Shown: piece after piece, positions 28,609 through 38,785 of the stretch
How positions within the stretch are numbered: the stretch's first letter is position 1
Layout: every line of letters starts with the position of its first letter
Assembly (NCBI GenBank): GCA_963726265.1
Contig: CAVSBQ010000002.1
Coordinates: forward strand, 992,001 to 1,056,000
Direction of reading: 5' to 3'
Source of the DNA: Candidatus Aenigmatarchaeota archaeon
GTDB lineage: Archaea > Aenigmatarchaeota > Aenigmatarchaeia > QMZP01 > QMZT01
DNA length: 64,000 nucleotides
The notes under the pieces: model-generated
Database searches by the model: none
Seen by the model: the letters and a program-made list of their open reading frames with translations, nothing else
Told to the model about the DNA's origin: nothing
Translations under genes and position numbers: made by a program

Positions 28609-29255
28609 AAGGGAAAAAATTACACTTCGACTATTACTTCATAACCGATCGCGGCCTATCCAGAAAGAACGTGATCGAGGACGTCGAGGCCGCTCTCAGG
28701 GCGGGCGTGCGCGTCGTCCAGTACAGGGAGAAGGCGCTTTCGACGACTGCGATGATCGACGAGGCGAGGAAGATCGCCGATTTGTGCAGGAAACGCGCGC
28801 TTTTCATAGTGAACGACAGGCTCGACGTCGCGCTGGCGAGCAACGCGGACGGCGTTCACCTTGGGCCGGATGACATGGAGCTCGAGGACGCGAGGAGGAT
28901 TCTAGGTAAAAGGAAGATAATCGGGGTGAGCGTCTCCTCGGTCGAGGAAGCGAAGAGATGCGAGGAGGCGGGGGCGGATTACGTGAGCCTTTCGCCGGTC
29001 TTCGCGACTGCAACCAAGAAGGACGCCGGCCAGCCTCTGGGGTTGAACGCGGTAAAAGATGCCAGGAAAAAGCTGCGCATACCGTTCACGGTCATAGGCG
29101 GCATAAGCCAGGCGAATTTGCGCTCCGTGCTGGATGCGGGCGCGACCAGCGTCTGCATGCTTTCAGCCGTGCTTAAAGCGAAAGACGTGGAGACGGAGAT
29201 AAGAAACATCAGGAGGACCATCCATGAGCACGCAGCTCGAACGGGCAAGAAATAG
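28605..29255 (+). CDS. thiE: Thiamine-phosphate synthase
   Basis: VQYREK, IVNDRLD, GVHLGPDD, TATK and IGGI motifs. Confidence 0.95.
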   Translation: MKGKKLHFDYYFITDRGLSRKNVIEDVEAALRAGVRVVQYREKALSTTAMIDEARKIADLCRKRALFIVNDRLDVALASNADGVHLGPDDMELEDARRILGKRKIIGVSVSSVEEAKRCEEAGADYVSLSPVFATATKKDAGQPLGLNAVKDARKKLRIPFTVIGGISQANLRSVLDAGATSVCMLSAVLKAKDVETEIRNIRRTIHEHAARTGKK

Positions 29256-30495
29256 CGAGACGACGAAGGCCATGGAAAGCGTCGCCAGGGACGAGAAGGT
29301 TAATGCGAAAGAGCTCATGCAAAACATCGCGCACGGCCATGTCGTCATTACCGCGAGCGCGCTGCACAAAAATATCAGGCCGCTCGGGATAGGCAAAGGC
29401 CTGCGCGTCAAGGTCAATTCGAACATCGGCACGTCAGTCGCGAAAGCGGACGTCGCATACGAGCTGGAGAAGCTGCGCGTTTCGATAGAGTCCGGCGCGG
29501 ACACGGTGATGGACCTGAGCACGGGCGGCGACATCGACCGCGTGCGCAGGGAGATACTAAAGCATTCTACGGTTCCGATAGGGACGGTTCCCATTTACCA
29601 GGCCGTGTGCGAGCGCGGCGAGATAGTCGAGCTCACCGCGGATGACTTTCTGCGCGGGATACGGAAGCATATTGATGACGGCGTGGATTTTATTACGGTT
29701 CATTCGGGCGTGACTAGGGCGGCGATTCCACTGGTCCGGAAGCGAACGATGGGTGTCGTCTCGCGCGGCGGCGCGTTCCTGATAAAATGGATGGAGCACA
29801 ACAAACGCGAAAATCCGCTTTACGAGAATTTTGACAAGATTCTGAAGATGGCTTACAGGCATGACGTCACCCTGAGCCTCGGCGACGGTCTCCGCCCTGG
29901 ATGCATAAAGGACGCGACCGACAAAGCGCAGCTGCACGAGCTGCGCGTTCTTGGCAGGCAGGCCGACGCGGCGTATGAAGCGAATGTGCAGGTCATTATC
30001 GAAGGCCCTGGTCACATCCCGCTCCACCAGATAAAGAAAAACATCGAGCTGCAAAAGAGGATTTGCAAGGGCAGGCCTTTCTACGTGCTTGGCCCCATTG
30101 TCACGGACATCGCGCCCGGCTACGACCACATCACCTCGGCGATAGGCGGCGCTCTTGCGGCGTACCATGGAGCGGATTTCTTATGTTACGTCACGCCGCG
30201 CGAACATCTTGGTCTTCCTGACGTGGATGACGTGCGCGAGGGCGTCATAGCCTCGAAAATCGCCGCGCATGCGGCCGACCTGGCCCGCGGCATCGACGGC
30301 GAATGGGACGACAAAATGGCGGATGCGCGCGCGAACCTGGACTGGAAGCGCATGATGGAACTGGCGATAAACCCGGCGAAAGCGAAGCGCATGCGCGAAG
30401 AATGCTCGCCGAAAGACCCGATGACGTGCTCCATGTGCGACAGGTTCTGCTCCGTCAAGCTGACGAAATCCATGAGGGAAGAGGCAAAGAAGTGA
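29224..30495 (+). CDS. thiC: Phosphomethylpyrimidine synthase
   Basis: VNSNIGTS, MDLSTGG, SRGG, EGPGH, GYDHIT and CSMC-x3-C motifs. Confidence 0.96.
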   Translation: MSTQLERARNSETTKAMESVARDEKVNAKELMQNIAHGHVVITASALHKNIRPLGIGKGLRVKVNSNIGTSVAKADVAYELEKLRVSIESGADTVMDLSTGGDIDRVRREILKHSTVPIGTVPIYQAVCERGEIVELTADDFLRGIRKHIDDGVDFITVHSGVTRAAIPLVRKRTMGVVSRGGAFLIKWMEHNKRENPLYENFDKILKMAYRHDVTLSLGDGLRPGCIKDATDKAQLHELRVLGRQADAAYEANVQVIIEGPGHIPLHQIKKNIELQKRICKGRPFYVLGPIVTDIAPGYDHITSAIGGALAAYHGADFLCYVTPREHLGLPDVDDVREGVIASKIAAHAADLARGIDGEWDDKMADARANLDWKRMMELAINPAKAKRMREECSPKDPMTCSMCDRFCSVKLTKSMREEAKK

Positions 30496-33400
30496 AAATG
30501 TCCATCGGGAATGGCGGGCGATCCCTTGGAAGTATGGGCCTGTGCCCGAAAAGCCTGCGCCTTCTTATCGCTTTTCTCAGGAATATCAGGTAAACGGCCA
30601 GCACGGCTACGACTATTATCGTGACTGCTGCAGTCAAAGCCGGAAGCATTTCCCACAGTTCCTGCAATCCCTGCATCCAGTCATAAGGTTCGCTCTCCTG
30701 GACGTTCGCAGTAACGTTTCCGGAGCTTTCGTTGATTACGACGGTTTCGTTTTCAGGGGCGGTTTCGTTTTTTGTCGCGTTCTGTTCAGGCTGCGTTTCG
30801 TTGGCCGGCTTTTTCGTCGTTGTGGTGGTGTTGGCTGTCGCGTTCGACGTGTTGGCCGGCGGCATGTATGCTCCGCCTCCGTAGCTGGGGACATAATGTG
30901 TCGTGCAGGCCGAGCACGAGCCGCCGCAGTCGACGCCGGTCTCGTCGTAGTTCTGCATGCCGTCCGAGCACTGCTCGGTCAGCGAATATGTGCTGAAGGA
31001 CAGGACGGTCACGTTGTAGACTCCGGCGGTGGCATTATAAGAGGCGTTCTGGCAATGCGAACCGCAGTCGGAGCCGTCCCTTTTTACTATGGGTTTCGCG
31101 AGCGTAACGTTGGAAAACGTCAGGTTCGCGCTCTTGTTGAATTCCGGCAGGCCTGTCGAGTTGACGGCGATGGAAAGGTCCGCGACGACGATGTTCCCCG
31201 TGAGGTTCCTGCTCACCGATATGTTCAGGTTTTCCAGGAATGCGATGCCTCCGTACTGGTTGAAGAGGGTGACGTTGCTGATGTTCTCGAGCTGGGCGGC
31301 GCTGTACTGGGTGAAGTTCGTCGTGCCGTTCGAATCCCATTCGGACCAGTTCATGCCGATTTCAATGAAGACCTCGAGCGTCGTGAAATTGAACGTGCCT
31401 GACCTGTTGCAGTTGCCGGACGCGTCGCAGGACGTCACGTTGTAATAATAAGTCGTGTTGGCTTTCAGATACAGGAGATCGACTGAATGGTTTATGACCA
31501 TGTTCGATGACGAGTTCATGCTTCCGAGCGATGCGTTGAGGCCATAGTTCACCGACGAGTTCGAGCTTTCGTTCGTCGTCCAGTTTATGGTCGCGGAGTA
31601 ATTGGCTATGTTCGTCGCGTTGACGCCGGAAATGGAAGGCGGCGTCGTGTCGGTCGTAAGGGTGGTGAAGTTGAACGTGCCTGACGTGTTGCAGTTGCCC
31701 ATCACGTCGCACGATGTCACGTTGTAATAATATGTTGTGTTGCTCTGGAGCCCGGTGAGGCTTATGTTGCGGCTGGTCGCCCATGACGACGACGAGTTGG
31801 TGCTGCCCAGCGCAGTGGTGTTGCCGTATTTCACCGTGGAGTTTGCCTGTTCGCTGGTAGTCCAGCCGATGATGGCGGACTGGTTCGTGACTGAATAGTT
31901 CTGGACGTCAGTGATGACTGGCGGAGTTGTGTCGTTCGGGCTGGTAGTGAAGTTGTAATAGCCCGTGGTGTTACAGTTCCCCGACGCGTCGCAGGACGTC
32001 ACGTTGTAGAAATAGGTCATGTTGCTCAGCAGGTTATTAAGGTTTATGGTGTGGTTGGTGACCATCGAAGACGAAGAATTAACGCTGCCGAGGGCGGTCG
32101 TGTTCCCGTACTTTACAGTTGAGTTGGAGAGTTCATTGGTAGCCCAGTTTATCATCGCAGACTGGTTAGTGTTGGAGTAGTTGCTGACGCCGGTTATGAT
32201 GGGAGCGTACGTATCATTGGTCGTATTAGCATACCGTGAAAGCGGGATATAATCGACTATGCCCGTGTTCGTCGAGTTGTATATGGAATCGCATATGCCG
32301 TTGTAGTCCGAGTCGGTGCACGTGTCGGAAAACCCGTTGCCGTTCGTTTTCCCCCAGTAGTTCCCTCCGAAAGCGTTCCCTCCGAATATGTTAAGGCCGG
32401 ATATATTCAGCGTGGTGTTGAACTTGTTGGTGTCATTGTAGTTGGTGCAATTGGCCGAGCTGGTGTTTAATATGTTGTTGTAAATCTGGTTCCAGGCCGT
32501 GGTAGAGTCGAAAATGTACAGAGGATAGCTGAAATTCGAAATGCGGTTGCCCTTTATGGTGCTGTTGTAAAATTTGTTGAAGATGTATATCCCTGCTGAC
32601 AATGAGTATCTTCCGTTCATTATCGTGTTGTTGCTTATATTGTTGTATATGCCCGCATGCTGCATGAACAGCTCAATTCCGTAATCATACACGTCGCTTA
32701 TATAGTTGTTCTCTATCACGCTTGAGTTGAGCTCGTAGGTGTAGATGGCCGTGCTGTTTATGCTGATCATCCTGTTGTTCGATATGTTGACGAAGTCCAT
32801 GGAATTGCCGGTCATGCTTATGGCCCGGCCGAGGACGCTTTCGAACGTGTTGTTCGTGATGTTGGTCCAGTGCAGCTGAACACTGCTGTCGCTGGCATCA
32901 ATCTGGCCGTAGGAACTGGAGATGTTGCTGGTGAAATTGTTGCGGTCGATGGTGGTATACCAAACGTTTCCCGAACCGTCGAAGTGGATGCCGGAGTACT
33001 TCTGATTGATGAAGGAATTCCTGGAAAAATTATAATAGCGTGCCGGCTGGACATTAGCCCCGAAATCATTGAGCTCGAACCAGTTGCCGTCCGCCTGAAG
33101 GAGCCAGTTATTATAGCTGTTGTTAACCCCGTTAGTGTTGTTGTAAAACGTGTTGTTTACAAGGTGATCGGGATGCACCGGAAGCGAACTGTCTTCAAAA
33201 TTCGAATAGTAACCATTATAGTATCTCATGATCGTGCAGTTCGCGACTGTGGTGTTATGCCTGGAGGAGTTTATCGTAATTGCCGACAGCGTTTTGTTGA
33301 TGCCGTCGAGGACTGAGCCGTTGCAGTCCAGCGTTACGTTGGATGTGTTCATCTGTATCCTGAGGCTTCCGTACGTCCCGGCGCAGAGGGCGGTTGGAGC

Positions 33401-33517
33401 GTTGATGACGTACAGGCTGTTGTTGGATGGCGTCACGCAGGCGGCGTGTGAGCTGCCTGAGGACAGAATGAAGGCGGCCAGGAATGCTGCGGCAAGGAAA
33501 AACGATTTTTTTGCCAT
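30455..33517 (-). CDS. Large cell-surface glycoprotein: parallel beta-helix (NosD-like), three FN3-like repeats, Cys-rich module and C-terminal TM
   Basis: Signal peptide, Asn-rich beta-helix with GGNYW, three DT.PP.I...YYNVTSCD..GNC repeats, ETGVDCGGSC, very dense N-x-S/T sequons. Confidence 0.85.
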   Translation of the reverse strand: MAKKSFFLAAAFLAAFILSSGSSHAACVTPSNNSLYVINAPTALCAGTYGSLRIQMNTSNVTLDCNGSVLDGINKTLSAITINSSRHNTTVANCTIMRYYNGYYSNFEDSSLPVHPDHLVNNTFYNNTNGVNNSYNNWLLQADGNWFELNDFGANVQPARYYNFSRNSFINQKYSGIHFDGSGNVWYTTIDRNNFTSNISSSYGQIDASDSSVQLHWTNITNNTFESVLGRAISMTGNSMDFVNISNNRMISINSTAIYTYELNSSVIENNYISDVYDYGIELFMQHAGIYNNISNNTIMNGRYSLSAGIYIFNKFYNSTIKGNRISNFSYPLYIFDSTTAWNQIYNNILNTSSANCTNYNDTNKFNTTLNISGLNIFGGNAFGGNYWGKTNGNGFSDTCTDSDYNGICDSIYNSTNTGIVDYIPLSRYANTTNDTYAPIITGVSNYSNTNQSAMINWATNELSNSTVKYGNTTALGSVNSSSSMVTNHTINLNNLLSNMTYFYNVTSCDASGNCNTTGYYNFTTSPNDTTPPVITDVQNYSVTNQSAIIGWTTSEQANSTVKYGNTTALGSTNSSSSWATSRNISLTGLQSNTTYYYNVTSCDVMGNCNTSGTFNFTTLTTDTTPPSISGVNATNIANYSATINWTTNESSNSSVNYGLNASLGSMNSSSNMVINHSVDLLYLKANTTYYYNVTSCDASGNCNRSGTFNFTTLEVFIEIGMNWSEWDSNGTTNFTQYSAAQLENISNVTLFNQYGGIAFLENLNISVSRNLTGNIVVADLSIAVNSTGLPEFNKSANLTFSNVTLAKPIVKRDGSDCGSHCQNASYNATAGVYNVTVLSFSTYSLTEQCSDGMQNYDETGVDCGGSCSACTTHYVPSYGGGAYMPPANTSNATANTTTTTKKPANETQPEQNATKNETAPENETVVINESSGNVTANVQESEPYDWMQGLQELWEMLPALTAAVTIIVVAVLAVYLIFLRKAIRRRRLFGHRPILPRDRPPFPMDIFTSLPLPSWISSA
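31380..32220 (-). repeat. Three tandem FN3-coding repeats of about 280 bp
   Basis: GACGCGTCGCAGGACGTCACGTTGTA and its variant recur near 31420, 31705 and 31984. Confidence 0.8.
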
Positions 33518-33584
33518 TATATTAATAATTATATCCATTACCCCTTATTTTATAGATGAAGTACACGCTTTTCCGGGTGGCGGC

Positions 33585-34544
33585 ATGAGGATAAAGGACA
33601 TAGGCGGCGAGTTCGCGCTCATCAGGAGGATTTCGAGGAAGATAAATGATGCCAGCGTAATGACGCAGATAGGCGACGACACCGCGGTCGTAAAAATCGG
33701 GGGGAAGCTGCTCCTGCTCACCATCGACTCGCTGGTCGAGGACGACCACTTCTCGCTCCGCTGGTCGACGCCTTACCAGATAGGCGTCAAGGCCATGGAA
33801 ATAAATGTTTCGGATATAGCAGCGAACGGCGGACGCCCCCGATATGCGCTTATCTCGCTTTGTTTGAGGAAGGATATGGAAGTCGAATTTGTCGACGAGC
33901 TTTACAATGGGATTTATTCTGCAGCGAAGCGCTATGGCTTCGAAATCGTGGGCGGGAATCTCACGCATGGGAAGCAGATAGTCATAGACGTGGCCATGAT
34001 AGGAGAGACGAAGAAACCGGTCCTCCGCTCGGGCGCGAAAATCGGCGATTTGATTTGCGTGACAGGCGACCTCGGTAAATCGCGCGCGGGACTCGAGCTG
34101 TTCAGACGCTTCGGCCCCGATGCGAAGCGCTTTGACGTAGCGAAGGCGCATCTCGAGCCTAGGTGCAGGCTGAAGGAATCGCAGCTCATTTCGAAGTTCG
34201 CCAGCGCGATGATAGACGTTTCGGACGGCCTAGCGCCCGAAATCGGCCACATATGCGAGATGTCGAAGGTCGGCGCGATTGTCTATAAAGAGAAAATTCC
34301 CATATCGAAGCAGACGCTCACCGCGGCCGGGTTGGTGAAGAAGGACGCAATAGATTTCGCGCTGCATGGAGGCGAGGATTACGAGCTGGTCTTCACAATT
34401 TCCGAAAAAAATCTTAAAATGCTGAAAAAGAAATTCAAGAACTTTTCCGTTGCAGGTAAAATCCTAGCGAAAGGCGATGGCGTCTACCTGCTCGACAATG
34501 GGAAGAAAAAACCGCTCGGAAAGGGGTATGACCACTTCCAGTAA
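33585..34544 (+). CDS. thiL: Thiamine-monophosphate kinase
   Basis: GEFALI, IGDDTA, NVSDIAANGG, IDVSDGL and GGEDYEL motifs. Confidence 0.95.
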   Translation: MRIKDIGGEFALIRRISRKINDASVMTQIGDDTAVVKIGGKLLLLTIDSLVEDDHFSLRWSTPYQIGVKAMEINVSDIAANGGRPRYALISLCLRKDMEVEFVDELYNGIYSAAKRYGFEIVGGNLTHGKQIVIDVAMIGETKKPVLRSGAKIGDLICVTGDLGKSRAGLELFRRFGPDAKRFDVAKAHLEPRCRLKESQLISKFASAMIDVSDGLAPEIGHICEMSKVGAIVYKEKIPISKQTLTAAGLVKKDAIDFALHGGEDYELVFTISEKNLKMLKKKFKNFSVAGKILAKGDGVYLLDNGKKKPLGKGYDHFQ

Positions 34545-34576
34545 ACCTTATAAAAATTGCTTCTAAACTAAAGATC

Positions 34577-34798
34577 ATGACGAACTACAGGACTTTGGGC
34601 AATTTTGGGAAAGCGGCACTAATCGGAGCAATTATTTACACGCTTATGAGCTGCCCGGGGCAAAGGGACATTGAATACAGACACCTTTCTATATCGAACA
34701 CGTATAAGATTGATAATATTGAACAACCGGAGAAAGGGAGGACAGGGGAATTGTCCCTATCTGAATACATAAAGCCCAGACCTTCCGGTGGTAATTAG
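34577..34798 (+). CDS. Small hypothetical protein, possibly exported
   Basis: AT-rich, own TATA box, N-terminal hydrophobic stretch ending in Cys. Confidence 0.5.
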   Translation: MTNYRTLGNFGKAALIGAIIYTLMSCPGQRDIEYRHLSISNTYKIDNIEQPEKGRTGELSLSEYIKPRPSGGN

Positions 34799-34805
34799 TT
34801 TTTTG

Positions 34806-36071
34806 TCACGGCACCAACTTCTCGGGCGTGCGGGGGAAGAGAATGGCTTCCTGGACGTCGGACAGGTTCATGAGCTGCTTTACGAAGCGATCGACGCCGA
34901 AGCCGATCCCTCCGTGCGGCGGCATGCCGTATTTGAACGCGTTCAGGTAGAATTCGAAGTCCTTCGGGTTCAAACCTTTTTCTTTCATGACCTTTGCGAG
35001 CACGTCGTGCCTGTGCTCTCGCTGGCCGCCCGAAGCGAGCTCGAGGCCTTTATAATCGAGGTCTATCCCTCTAGAGATCTCGCCGTCCATCATGATGTAG
35101 AACGGCTTCAGCGATGACGGGTATTTGGTTATGAAATAGATGTCACAGCCCTTGTGCTTCATGAGCTCGGCGAACTTCGCTTCCTCGGCGTCTTCGAGGT
35201 CGTCGCCGAACTTCTTGTGCATGCCCGCCTTGTTCAGCGTCTTTATGACTTCCTCATACGTCACCCTCTTGAACGGCAGCTCGGGTATCTCGATGTCGGG
35301 CAGGCCGTCGCTCTTCAGGCCTTTCATGATGTGGACGACCATGCGTTCGAGCACGTTAAGCACGTCCTCCTCGCTGTCTATCCACGCCATCTCGAAGTCG
35401 AGCGACATGAACTCGGAGATGTGCCGCCTCGTATGGAATTTCTCAGCGCGGAACGCCTGGCCTATCTCGTAGACCTTGTCGAGGCCGGACGCCATCATCA
35501 TCTGCTTGTAGAGCTGCGGCGATTGTCTCAGATACGCCTCCTTGCCGTAGTAGCTGAACTTGAAGAGGTTCGCCCCTCCCTCCGCGCCTGCGGCCTGTAT
35601 GACAGGAGTGTGGATTTCGATGAAGCCGCTCTTCCTGAAGAATTCGTGAGCGAACTCCATGACCTTGTGGCGGACGAGGAATATCTTCTGCACTTCAGGC
35701 CTGCGCAGGTCCATGAAGCGGTAGTCGAAACGCGTGTCTTTCCACGATTCGATATGCTTGTCCATGGGCAGCGGCTTCTCGGCAACTGCCAGGACCTTGA
35801 CGGAAGTCGGGATTATCTCGTAGCCGAGCTTCGCTATCTTGGATTTCACCACGTTCCCTTCGACTTCGACGCAGTCCTCCTTGCCGAGCTTTGAGATTTC
35901 GCTGAAGACCAGACTAGAGACATCTTCTTTCTTGGCGATGACCTGCACAAGGCCCTCGCGGTCGCGCACGGTGAGGAACTGTATGTTGCCCATCTTCCTG
36001 ATGTTGTCTACCCAGCCCTTCACCTTCGCCTTCGTGTCAGGCCTCAGCTCTTTCGAATACGTTTGCTCCAT
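34806..36071 (-). CDS. aspS: Aspartate-tRNA ligase (archaeal type)
   Basis: QSPQLYKQ, FRAE..HTRRH..EF and GMPPHGG.G.G.DR motifs. Confidence 0.93.
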   Translation of the reverse strand: MEQTYSKELRPDTKAKVKGWVDNIRKMGNIQFLTVRDREGLVQVIAKKEDVSSLVFSEISKLGKEDCVEVEGNVVKSKIAKLGYEIIPTSVKVLAVAEKPLPMDKHIESWKDTRFDYRFMDLRRPEVQKIFLVRHKVMEFAHEFFRKSGFIEIHTPVIQAAGAEGGANLFKFSYYGKEAYLRQSPQLYKQMMMASGLDKVYEIGQAFRAEKFHTRRHISEFMSLDFEMAWIDSEEDVLNVLERMVVHIMKGLKSDGLPDIEIPELPFKRVTYEEVIKTLNKAGMHKKFGDDLEDAEEAKFAELMKHKGCDIYFITKYPSSLKPFYIMMDGEISRGIDLDYKGLELASGGQREHRHDVLAKVMKEKGLNPKDFEFYLNAFKYGMPPHGGIGFGVDRFVKQLMNLSDVQEAILFPRTPEKLVP

Positions 36072-36137
36072 AATCATCAATTTTGTCTTCCAGTCTTTTA
36101 ATAAATTTTCAATAAATTCAGGCCTTACCCGTCCCTT

Positions 36138-36644
36138 TCAGCCTTCCCTCAGTATCACCAGCGTTTCCGTGGATTCGATGCCCTGGACGTCGCGCAGCTT
36201 CTCGATGATTATCCTGTCCAGCTCGTCTATGTCCTTCACGCGGATGAGCAGGATGATGTCTATCGAGCCCGTCACGATATCGGCTTTCTCGACGAACTCG
36301 AAGCGCTTCAAATCCTTGACAAGGTCGTGCTGGTTGCGGCGGAAGCCCTTGAGATATTTGGAATCGACTTTGACGAGCACGTATGCGGAAATCGCCTTGC
36401 CCATCTTCCTGTAGTCGATGTCTATGGTGAATTTCTTGATGATGCCCAGCTTCTTCATGCGTTTTATCCTGTGGTGGACGGTGGTGACGGGCAGGAGTGT
36501 GCGGCTGGCGACCTGGCGCACGGTCAGGTCGCCGCCCTCTTTCAGGATCTCCAGGATGCGGAGGTCCTTGTTGTCGACCTTTCTGTCGGCCTCTGTGCCT
36601 TTCTCGTCTTTCGTGTCGGGATATGCTGCCTTAGCGTAATCCAT
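36138..36644 (-). CDS. Lrp/AsnC-family regulator
   Basis: VDNKDLRILEIL..., TVHHRIKRMKKLGII and VTGSID motifs. Confidence 0.93.
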   Translation of the reverse strand: MDYAKAAYPDTKDEKGTEADRKVDNKDLRILEILKEGGDLTVRQVASRTLLPVTTVHHRIKRMKKLGIIKKFTIDIDYRKMGKAISAYVLVKVDSKYLKGFRRNQHDLVKDLKRFEFVEKADIVTGSIDIILLIRVKDIDELDRIIIEKLRDVQGIESTETLVILREG

Positions 36645-36849
36645 ATTGAACAATTGTTCCATTTTGTATATAAATCTTCGCATTTTTCGTATATTTTTCA
36701 GCAAAAACAGGCAAAAACTTATATACCTTGGCCGGCATTCACCTATTATTGGCAATTGCAGGGCAGAACCATGACTGGGCGCGAAAACGCCTCCTGCGGA
36801 AGCGGGGCATATTTTTAAGCACCGTGGCCAAAAATAAGATAAGTATGAT

Positions 36850-38139
36850 ATGGCGGTTATCATGAACATCGACAAGATTCCTTCGAGCGTCGGCAAGGCC
36901 ATCGAGATAAAGGGATGGGTCTACCGCATGCGCGAAAGCAAGGACATCATATTCCTGGTCATACGCGACTCTAGCGACATAGTCCAGGCCACGATAAAAT
37001 CCGACAGCAGGGACTTCGAAAAGGCGAAGGCGCTCACGCTCGAATCATCGGTCATAGTGAAAGGCCACGTGGTCGAGGACAAGCGCGCCCCGACCGGCTA
37101 CGAGATAAGGATAAGCGAGCTTCACCCGGTTCACATCGCAGAGCGCTACCCGATAACCAAGGACACGTCTCCCGAGTTTCTGATGGACGTGCGCCATCTC
37201 TGGCTGAGGTCGCGTAGCCTTACGGCGGCGATGAAGGTCCGCCACACCGTCATGGGAGCGATACACAAATTCTTCCGTGACAGGGGATATTACGAGTTCG
37301 ACCCGCCCATCTTCCAGCCCAGCCAATGCGAGGGAGGAGCGACTCTTTTCAAGGTGAAATATTTTGACGATACCACGTATCTCACGCAGTCGTGGCAGCT
37401 TTACGCGGAAGCCGCGGTATTCGCTTTGGAGAAGGTCTACGACGTCTCCCCGACGTTCCGCGCGGAGCGCTCGAAGACTTCGAGGCATCTCGCCGAGTTC
37501 TGGATGGCGGAGATGGAAGCGGCCTGGATGGAGCTCGGCGAAGTGACGGATGTCGCGAAAGACGAAGTCCGCTTCATAATCCAGGAAGTTCTCAAACATA
37601 ACAAAAAGGAACTGGAAATTCTCGGCCAGGACGTGAAGAAGCTCGAGGCGGTTGCGAAGAAGCCGTTCCCCACCATCACCTACACCAAAGCGCTGGAGAT
37701 TCTCAAGGAGAAGGAAGGCCAGAAAATACAGTGGGGCAAGGACCTGCGGACGACTGAAGAAGACCTGCTCATGAAGCACTTCGACACGCCCGTCGTGGTA
37801 ACGCATTACCCGAAGGAGATAATGGCCTTCTACAAGCCGCGCGACCCGAAGGAGCCGAAGACCGCGCTGTGCTTCGACATGCTCGCGCCCGAGGGGTATG
37901 GCGAGATAATCGGCGGCTCGCAGAGGGACACGGACATCAAGGCGCTCGAGGAGTCGCTCAAGAAGATGGGCGAGAAGCCGGAGAGCTATGCATGGTATCT
38001 CGATCTCCGCCGCTTTGGCAGCGTTCCCCATTCCGGCTACGGTCTCGGCGTCGAGCGCGTGGTCGCCTGGCTCTGCAAGCTCGATAACATCAAGGATGCG
38101 ATCGCCTTCCCGCGCACGCAGAGACGCTTCAAGCCGTGA
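36850..38139 (+). CDS. asnS: Asparagine-tRNA ligase
   Basis: YLTQSWQLYAE, FRAERSKTSRHLAEFWM and WYLDLRRFGSVPHSG motifs. Confidence 0.93.
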   Translation: MAVIMNIDKIPSSVGKAIEIKGWVYRMRESKDIIFLVIRDSSDIVQATIKSDSRDFEKAKALTLESSVIVKGHVVEDKRAPTGYEIRISELHPVHIAERYPITKDTSPEFLMDVRHLWLRSRSLTAAMKVRHTVMGAIHKFFRDRGYYEFDPPIFQPSQCEGGATLFKVKYFDDTTYLTQSWQLYAEAAVFALEKVYDVSPTFRAERSKTSRHLAEFWMAEMEAAWMELGEVTDVAKDEVRFIIQEVLKHNKKELEILGQDVKKLEAVAKKPFPTITYTKALEILKEKEGQKIQWGKDLRTTEEDLLMKHFDTPVVVTHYPKEIMAFYKPRDPKEPKTALCFDMLAPEGYGEIIGGSQRDTDIKALEESLKKMGEKPESYAWYLDLRRFGSVPHSGYGLGVERVVAWLCKLDNIKDAIAFPRTQRRFKP

Positions 38140-38210
38140 TGCTGCCCGAAGCCGAATGCCTGGGACAGCATGGGTTTTTAAAATTTCTTCTCCAAAATTA
38201 ATCGATAAAT

Positions 38211-38750
38211 ATGGGTTATGTATCCGAAGGCATAAGCAGGCTGGGCAAAGCTGCCGCTATTGTTTGCGCCTCAACCTTATTGGCGCCAGCAGGGCTTAAT
38301 GCAAAAAGCTACCCAGCGCACCAAGGCGATATGGCGGCATATACTGGCGAACCAACGGCAAGTCCTGACAGGGTTTTTAAAGATGATGAAACTCTAAAAC
38401 TAGTATCATCAGTGTGGAAAAAATATCAACCGTTACTAGTACCGTTAGAAAAGCCGACTAAAGATGGAATAAGCACGTATGAAACCACATTAGATGTGAA
38501 CGGAGATGGCATACAAGAGATGGTAAAAATCAGGTTAGTAATAGAAGATGGATTTATGTCAGGTGGTGCCGACTTAGAATATGGAAAACAGATTGCAATT
38601 GATTTTAATGGTATAGCCGGTCAAAATGGAGCATCAACAGTTCTCGCAATTATTGGCAGTGGTGGCAAGGCTTCTGTAGCCAGAACTGTGTGGTTCAATG
38701 ATTCTAAGCTTCCAGGATTCCTTACGGAACTCGACAATGCAATTAAATAA
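38211..38750 (+). CDS. Hypothetical secreted protein (AT-rich solo gene)
   Basis: Signal-like N-terminus; DVNGDG Ca-binding-like loop. Confidence 0.65.
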   Translation: MGYVSEGISRLGKAAAIVCASTLLAPAGLNAKSYPAHQGDMAAYTGEPTASPDRVFKDDETLKLVSSVWKKYQPLLVPLEKPTKDGISTYETTLDVNGDGIQEMVKIRLVIEDGFMSGGADLEYGKQIAIDFNGIAGQNGASTVLAIIGSGGKASVARTVWFNDSKLPGFLTELDNAIK

Positions 38751-38785
38751 TTTACACAAAACTTTAAAGAAAAATTTATGACATT

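Noticed and set aside
33228..33584. N-terminal extension of thiL in the ORF track
   Set aside because: It overlaps the surface-protein gene on the opposite strand. ThiL homology starts at ATG 33585.
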